51,631 bases of DNA from Pseudomonadota bacterium (lineage in GTDB: Bacteria; Bdellovibrionota; FAC87; UBA2466), in contig JAYUGC010000168.1 in the NCBI GenBank assembly GCA_043767805.1, forward strand, positions 1-51,631, written 5' to 3'. The notes beneath the pieces were generated by a model. It made no database searches. It was given only the letters and a program-made list of their open reading frames with translations, and was not told where the DNA came from. Below, piece by piece: positions 47,440 through 51,631 of this stretch (positions are counted from its first letter, which is position 1; each line of letters opens with the position of its first letter). The position numbers and the translations under genes are program-made.

Positions 47440-48300
47440 CTACCCAGCGGTCCGCCGTCCTTGAGCGTGGGTGAGCCGATGGTGGGCCTGGCAAAGGATC
47501 CGAAGGTTATCGAGGCTATTTAGCCCACCTTTCGCCACTTCCTTTACGTGATGTAGGTGAAGCCATCGTTTCTGCTCGCATCTGACGCCAAAGGGGCCGA
47601 CAAAGGTGCACTGATTTCCGTCTCTCAACTGCACGGGGTGGACGACGGACGTAGGAACAGGGTGTCTACCGCTCTTTGGGGGATTTCTTGAGGAAATGGT
47701 CTTGCCTCTCGCTGCCTTCTTGAGCGGATCGTGTTTCTCGGTCATTTCCTCCGCCATCCAGGCGATGACCTCCGCGAGCGCTACCGATTTTTTGCGCTTC
47801 TGCGAAAGAAGGTCGGTGAGAGCCTTGAGGTTGGCCTCTGTCTTAGGATCGACGGGACATTTTAGCTCCGCCAGGTCCTTGGCGACCGGCCGGATTCTTT
47901 CTTTTACATGGGCCTTCGGATTCACGGCTTTCACTTCCCGCTCGAGATCCCTCTGCTTCAAATCTTTGGCTTTCTCAATCCATGCTCTGCAATTGGCTTT
48001 GGTGACGGCGGGAGCGATTCGCCGCGCTTGAGATACAGAGAGCTCGCCGCTGCGAACCGCCTGGCCAATCTCGGGCACCTCCTGGCTCTTTTCGAATATC
48101 GTCTTGAAGTAGAACGCCTGTGCGCTCGATAGTTTGAGTCGGCGTTCACAGTAGTCGAAGATATTGGAGTAACCGAGGGGAGTGAAAAGCCGTTGCTTAT
48201 GCATCTCGCCCAACTCTTCCAAAATCTGAGCCTCCTTCGCCAAATAGTCCGTGCTCATCGCCACTAATTTTTCGTCGTACTTCAAAGCAAGTTCATTCAT
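47440..48300 (-). CDS. HNH endonuclease with a helical (DUF222-like) N-terminal domain
   Basis: LGYSNIFDYC..RLKLS; RDGNQC...RC...HH....AKGG.N..DNL..LCQAHH. Confidence 0.85.
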   Translation of the reverse strand: MNELALKYDEKLVAMSTDYLAKEAQILEELGEMHKQRLFTPLGYSNIFDYCERRLKLSSAQAFYFKTIFEKSQEVPEIGQAVRSGELSVSQARRIAPAVTKANCRAWIEKAKDLKQRDLEREVKAVNPKAHVKERIRPVAKDLAELKCPVDPKTEANLKALTDLLSQKRKKSVALAEVIAWMAEEMTEKHDPLKKAARGKTISSRNPPKSGRHPVPTSVVHPVQLRDGNQCTFVGPFGVRCEQKRWLHLHHVKEVAKGGLNSLDNLRILCQAHHRLTHAQGRRTAG

Positions 48301-48589
48301 GAATAAAGAAATACCACGGCTTTTTTATCGACGATTTTTCGCCTTAGGGCGGCTCTGAATCCCCGCGCGGAATGAGCGCGGAGCGAGTCACTCAAGCTGT
48401 CGCGACAGCGCACCAGACCGCACTCCGTGGCCCTTTCAACGGCCACTAAACGCCACCCCGGAAAAACGCCCGGCCACGCCCAAAAATCCCAGAAAGCCTG
48501 TCAATAAAAACAGGGGAGCGCGTGAGGAAATCCACGCCACATTTCCTCGAGGAAATGGGGGAATACCATTCCCCCATACCAACCGTCCC

Positions 48590-48672
48590 GACTGGAATGG
48601 AGCTTGAACTCAAGAGCGAAGCCGCCAACGGCGGGCCCGAAGGGACTCTTGAATTCAAGCTCCACTCCAGTC
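48590..48672 (-). repeat. 83-nt branched hairpin (27-bp stem)
   Basis: Arms 48590-48616 and 48646-48672 with 2 mismatches that are both G-U pairs on the minus strand; the loop holds CCC-UUCG-GG and CCGCC-GUU-GGCGG hairpins. Confidence 0.75.
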
Positions 48673-48680
48673 ACCCAACG

Positions 48681-49883
48681 CTAAATATGGAGGCCTTCGT
48701 GGAGCCACTGCTTCGACGGCAGCTTCGCAAACCGGTCTCGCGACAAAACCGACGCGTCGATAGTCTTATATGCCCCGTCGACGATGAGCTCCGAAATCGC
48801 AATCGCAGCCCCGTGGCACTGCATGACGCCGCGGCCGGTAAAACTATGCGCCTCGAAAATGTTCCTAAAACCAGTGAGCCGCCCTAAAAGTCCCGAAGTG
48901 TCCGGCGTGTAACTATAGAGACCGCCCCAGCCGGTCACCCATTTCAGCCGTTCGAACTTCGAGGACCGTTCATACAAAGCAGGCCAGATGTGGCTTTCGA
49001 AAAAGTCACCGTCGTAATCGAAACGGTACCCTTCGGGCTCGTTCTTCAATACGAATCCGGAAAGCACGTTGCCGCCTTCCGGGTGGAAATAGACACCCGA
49101 GGTGTCGACCACCATCCCATAGGGAGTCATATCGAACTCTTCCGACTTGAACATACAAATCTGCCGGCGCACCGGCTTCACCAAAGGTTTGCCGACGAGC
49201 TGCGCGAGAAGTCCCTGGAGCCAAGCGCCACCCGCGAGCACCACGAAAGAGAAATCGCCTTTTTGCGTGGCCATTGGGGCCTTGAGAGGATCGTGCAAAA
49301 CTTCGAGAGCCTTTTGCTGAGATTCCACCGGCGCGAGATCCGCCTGAACGCCCCCGGCCGTTTCACGAAGGTTCTTCACCCAAAGTTTGTCGTGAAAGGT
49401 CACGCCCCGGGATTTGGCGAGCTCGCGGAAATGGGTCTTGAAACCGTTGGAGTTGATGAGGCCATCGTCTCTGCCGTAGAGGCCCACCGAGACGTTGTCC
49501 AGGCGATCGAGGAAGGGATACCGCTCTTGGATCTTATCCGGGGTCAGCGCCTCGTACCGAAGTCGCAGCTTCTCGGTACGCGCTTCCATTGTTTCAGCGT
49601 CATCCAGGTGCTCCTTGTCATAGAGCCAAAGGTAACCCGTATTCTGAAACCCGGTCTCCACGGGATGCTGATGGATATACGCGATGGTGTGCCGGGCGAG
49701 CTCCACGTTGATGGGCTGCTGCCAAAGGTGGCGCACGCCACCCGCGTTTCGCTCCGTGGAGGAGAGCGACCCCTCGAGATCGATGTCGACCACGTGCAGA
49801 TCGGTCAAGCCACGGCGGCTTAGCTCCGCCGCGATGGCGCTGCCGAGCAGCCCCGCGCCTAAAATGAGTCCATTTCCTCGCAT
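48681..49883 (-). CDS. FAD-dependent oxidoreductase (DAO / sarcosine oxidase beta-like)
   Basis: GAGLLG, STERNAGGVR, WGGLY..TPD, FTGRGVMQ. Confidence 0.9.
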   Translation of the reverse strand: MRGNGLILGAGLLGSAIAAELSRRGLTDLHVVDIDLEGSLSSTERNAGGVRHLWQQPINVELARHTIAYIHQHPVETGFQNTGYLWLYDKEHLDDAETMEARTEKLRLRYEALTPDKIQERYPFLDRLDNVSVGLYGRDDGLINSNGFKTHFRELAKSRGVTFHDKLWVKNLRETAGGVQADLAPVESQQKALEVLHDPLKAPMATQKGDFSFVVLAGGAWLQGLLAQLVGKPLVKPVRRQICMFKSEEFDMTPYGMVVDTSGVYFHPEGGNVLSGFVLKNEPEGYRFDYDGDFFESHIWPALYERSSKFERLKWVTGWGGLYSYTPDTSGLLGRLTGFRNIFEAHSFTGRGVMQCHGAAIAISELIVDGAYKTIDASVLSRDRFAKLPSKQWLHEGLHI

Positions 49884-49969
49884 TGAGTCGAAGATTAAAC
49901 TACTCGCGCCCGCCCCGGGAAGAGGGTTTTTGAAACGCCGCCCGATGGTGTAAAATTGAGCACACTCCT

Positions 49970-50431
49970 ATGAAAATCCTCACTCTCGCCCTTTTGGTGT
50001 TCTTGGTCGCCGGCTGCACGAAAAAAGACCCTTCGTTGCAGGGCGGCTCAACTCCGGAACAGACGGTAAAAGCCTTCGTGGAGCTTTCCGCCTCGGCTAA
50101 GGACAAAGCCGACAAAGCCAAGATTCAGGCCCTCTGCGTCGGAGAGCTTCGCCGGGCCTTCGACCGGATGACGGATGAGCTCTTCCAGATGTCTTATCTG
50201 AGCAACAACGTCTCCATCCAGGAATTGAAGATTCTGGAGAGCAAGGTCGAAGGGGAAAGCGCCAAGGTCCAGTACCAGATTTCCCTGGAGAACAAGCAGG
50301 GCACCGACACCACCAAGGAAATCAATAGCCGTGAAGTCGAGCTCACGCGCACTCAAGGGGCGTGGCAGATCGAGAGTATCCGGATCATCGGAACGGATAA
50401 CGTCGCCTTCACGCGCGGTATGATTTTCTAG
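49970..50431 (+). CDS. lipoprotein of unknown function (NTF2-like pattern)
   Basis: Lipobox VAGC; TPEQTVKAF...GAWQI. Confidence 0.7.
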   Translation: MKILTLALLVFLVAGCTKKDPSLQGGSTPEQTVKAFVELSASAKDKADKAKIQALCVGELRRAFDRMTDELFQMSYLSNNVSIQELKILESKVEGESAKVQYQISLENKQGTDTTKEINSREVELTRTQGAWQIESIRIIGTDNVAFTRGMIF

Positions 50432-51390
50432 TGCCGGCCTTCCGGGCGAGCCTGGCTTTTCTCTTTCTGGTGACGTCTTTGCCTATCCGAGCTGAACGTC
50501 CTTTGCTTCACATTCAAGCCCATCGCGGGGCTTGCGCGGACGTAATGGAAAATACGATTCCCTCGTTCCTGGAGGCGATAGAAAGCGGCGCCAATAGTAT
50601 CGAGCTCGACGTAGTTCCGACAAAGGACGGCCATCTCGCCGTGTTTCACGATTTCGAGATCGGCCCGGAAAGCGTACGCCGTTATGACGGTAAGCCCGTA
50701 ACCGGGTCCATCGCCATTCGTTCCTTAACTTTGGCGGAGCTTAGCGAGTACTACGTCGAAGACCCGAGGCGAATGAAGGTCGACAACAAGCTTACCCCCG
50801 CGCAGCGAAAGATTCCCACTCTCGGTGAGGTTTTTGAGGCCGTCCGTAGCTCGGCTCACCCGAACGCGAAGCGCATCGTGGTGGACGTGGAGCTAAAGAG
50901 CGAGCCCGATCTCCCGCTTTTAACCTTGCCTCCGGGTCCCTTCGCCAAAGCAGTGATGAAGTCGGTCGCTGCGAGCGGAATGTCCCCCCGCGTGGCCGTT
51001 CGATCTTTCGACCACCGCACCCTCAGCGAGATTCGTAAAATCGATAAGGGTATTCCAATCGCGGCCCTCGGCCACAAGGGAGCTCTGGGCTTCGAGGGCG
51101 ACTACGAGAGAGTCGTGCGCGAGCTCGGCCCCCAAGTCGTCGCGCCCAGTATCGAGGACGTCACGCCGGAGCTGGTGAGCAAGTTGCACGCGCTCGGCGC
51201 GAGGGTGATCCCTTACACTTGTAACCGCCCGGACCAATGGGAGCTCATGCTCATTGCGGGGGTCGACGGCATGACCACCGATTCTCCTCGCGCACTGGCA
51301 AGTTTCCTAGAGACCAAACACATCGGTCAGGACGAGCACGGCACACACATCTACGGCTGCGCTCCCGATTTCCGCCACCTGAAAAACTAG
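50431..51390 (+). CDS. glycerophosphodiester phosphodiesterase
   Basis: AHRG...ENT..SF, IELDV..TKDG....HD, ELK, SFD, GVDGMTTD. Confidence 0.93.
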   Translation: MPAFRASLAFLFLVTSLPIRAERPLLHIQAHRGACADVMENTIPSFLEAIESGANSIELDVVPTKDGHLAVFHDFEIGPESVRRYDGKPVTGSIAIRSLTLAELSEYYVEDPRRMKVDNKLTPAQRKIPTLGEVFEAVRSSAHPNAKRIVVDVELKSEPDLPLLTLPPGPFAKAVMKSVAASGMSPRVAVRSFDHRTLSEIRKIDKGIPIAALGHKGALGFEGDYERVVRELGPQVVAPSIEDVTPELVSKLHALGARVIPYTCNRPDQWELMLIAGVDGMTTDSPRALASFLETKHIGQDEHGTHIYGCAPDFRHLKN

Positions 51391-51631
51391 CGCCAGACGT
51401 CGGTAATCAAGCGCGCCGTCCGGTCCTTGCGGTTTAGCGAGCCGACGCCGAGCGCTTCCTCGATCGTGCGCAGCAGGCTGTAGTGATCGTAAGGCGCATT
51501 CGACTTCGTTCCCGCTTGCACCGTCGCGCCGTAAAAAGACGTGTAGATGTGATTCTCGGCGCTATCCAAATCGCTCTCGTCGAACGTCGAGACGAGTAGC
51601 ATCCCGTTCATGAAGTTCCGGTTTAAAAGCA
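51387..51631 (-). CDS. phosphoesterase family protein (C-terminal part, runs off the window)
   Basis: STFDES, YDHYSLLRTIEEALG, ITDVW. Confidence 0.8.
   Translation of the reverse strand, partial: LLNRNFMNGMLLVSTFDESDLDSAENHIYTSFYGATVQAGTKSNAPYDHYSLLRTIEEALGVGSLNRKDRTARLITDVWR

Noticed and set aside
1..51631. CRISPR array, tRNA, rRNA, integrase or transposase
   Set aside because: I saw no regularly spaced repeats, cloverleafs or recombinase motifs.

Overview
GC-rich bacterial chromosome segment. Gene content and ORFan style suggest a Bdellovibrionota/Myxococcota-like deltaproteobacterium (inference). From left to right it contains: the 3' end of a group II intron; hemJ and a divergent dnaA with upstream DnaA boxes but no dnaN; exported ORFans and a 10-repeat Ig/cadherin-like + vWA-like adhesin; an HNH fragment; tgt-yajC-secD-secF-asnS; two Nudix genes; an atypical RNase P RNA; alr; a ~14 kb glycan-modification island (MBOAT, SGNH, GT-C, GT2-radical SAM fusion, GT4, HTTM pair, GT2s, acyltransferase relic); a SpoIIE/LapA/HIT/PHP/ArnT block; a glycine cleavage cluster split by two paralogous sigma54-driven CxxCH proteins; metF; a 192-bp fold-back MITE; a VegA-like basic protein; a full-length HNH gene with a hairpin-rich upstream region; an FAD oxidoreductase, a lipoprotein, a glycerophosphodiesterase and a partial phosphoesterase. 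I saw no CRISPR, rRNA or tRNA. All calls come from reading motifs by eye; no searches were run.
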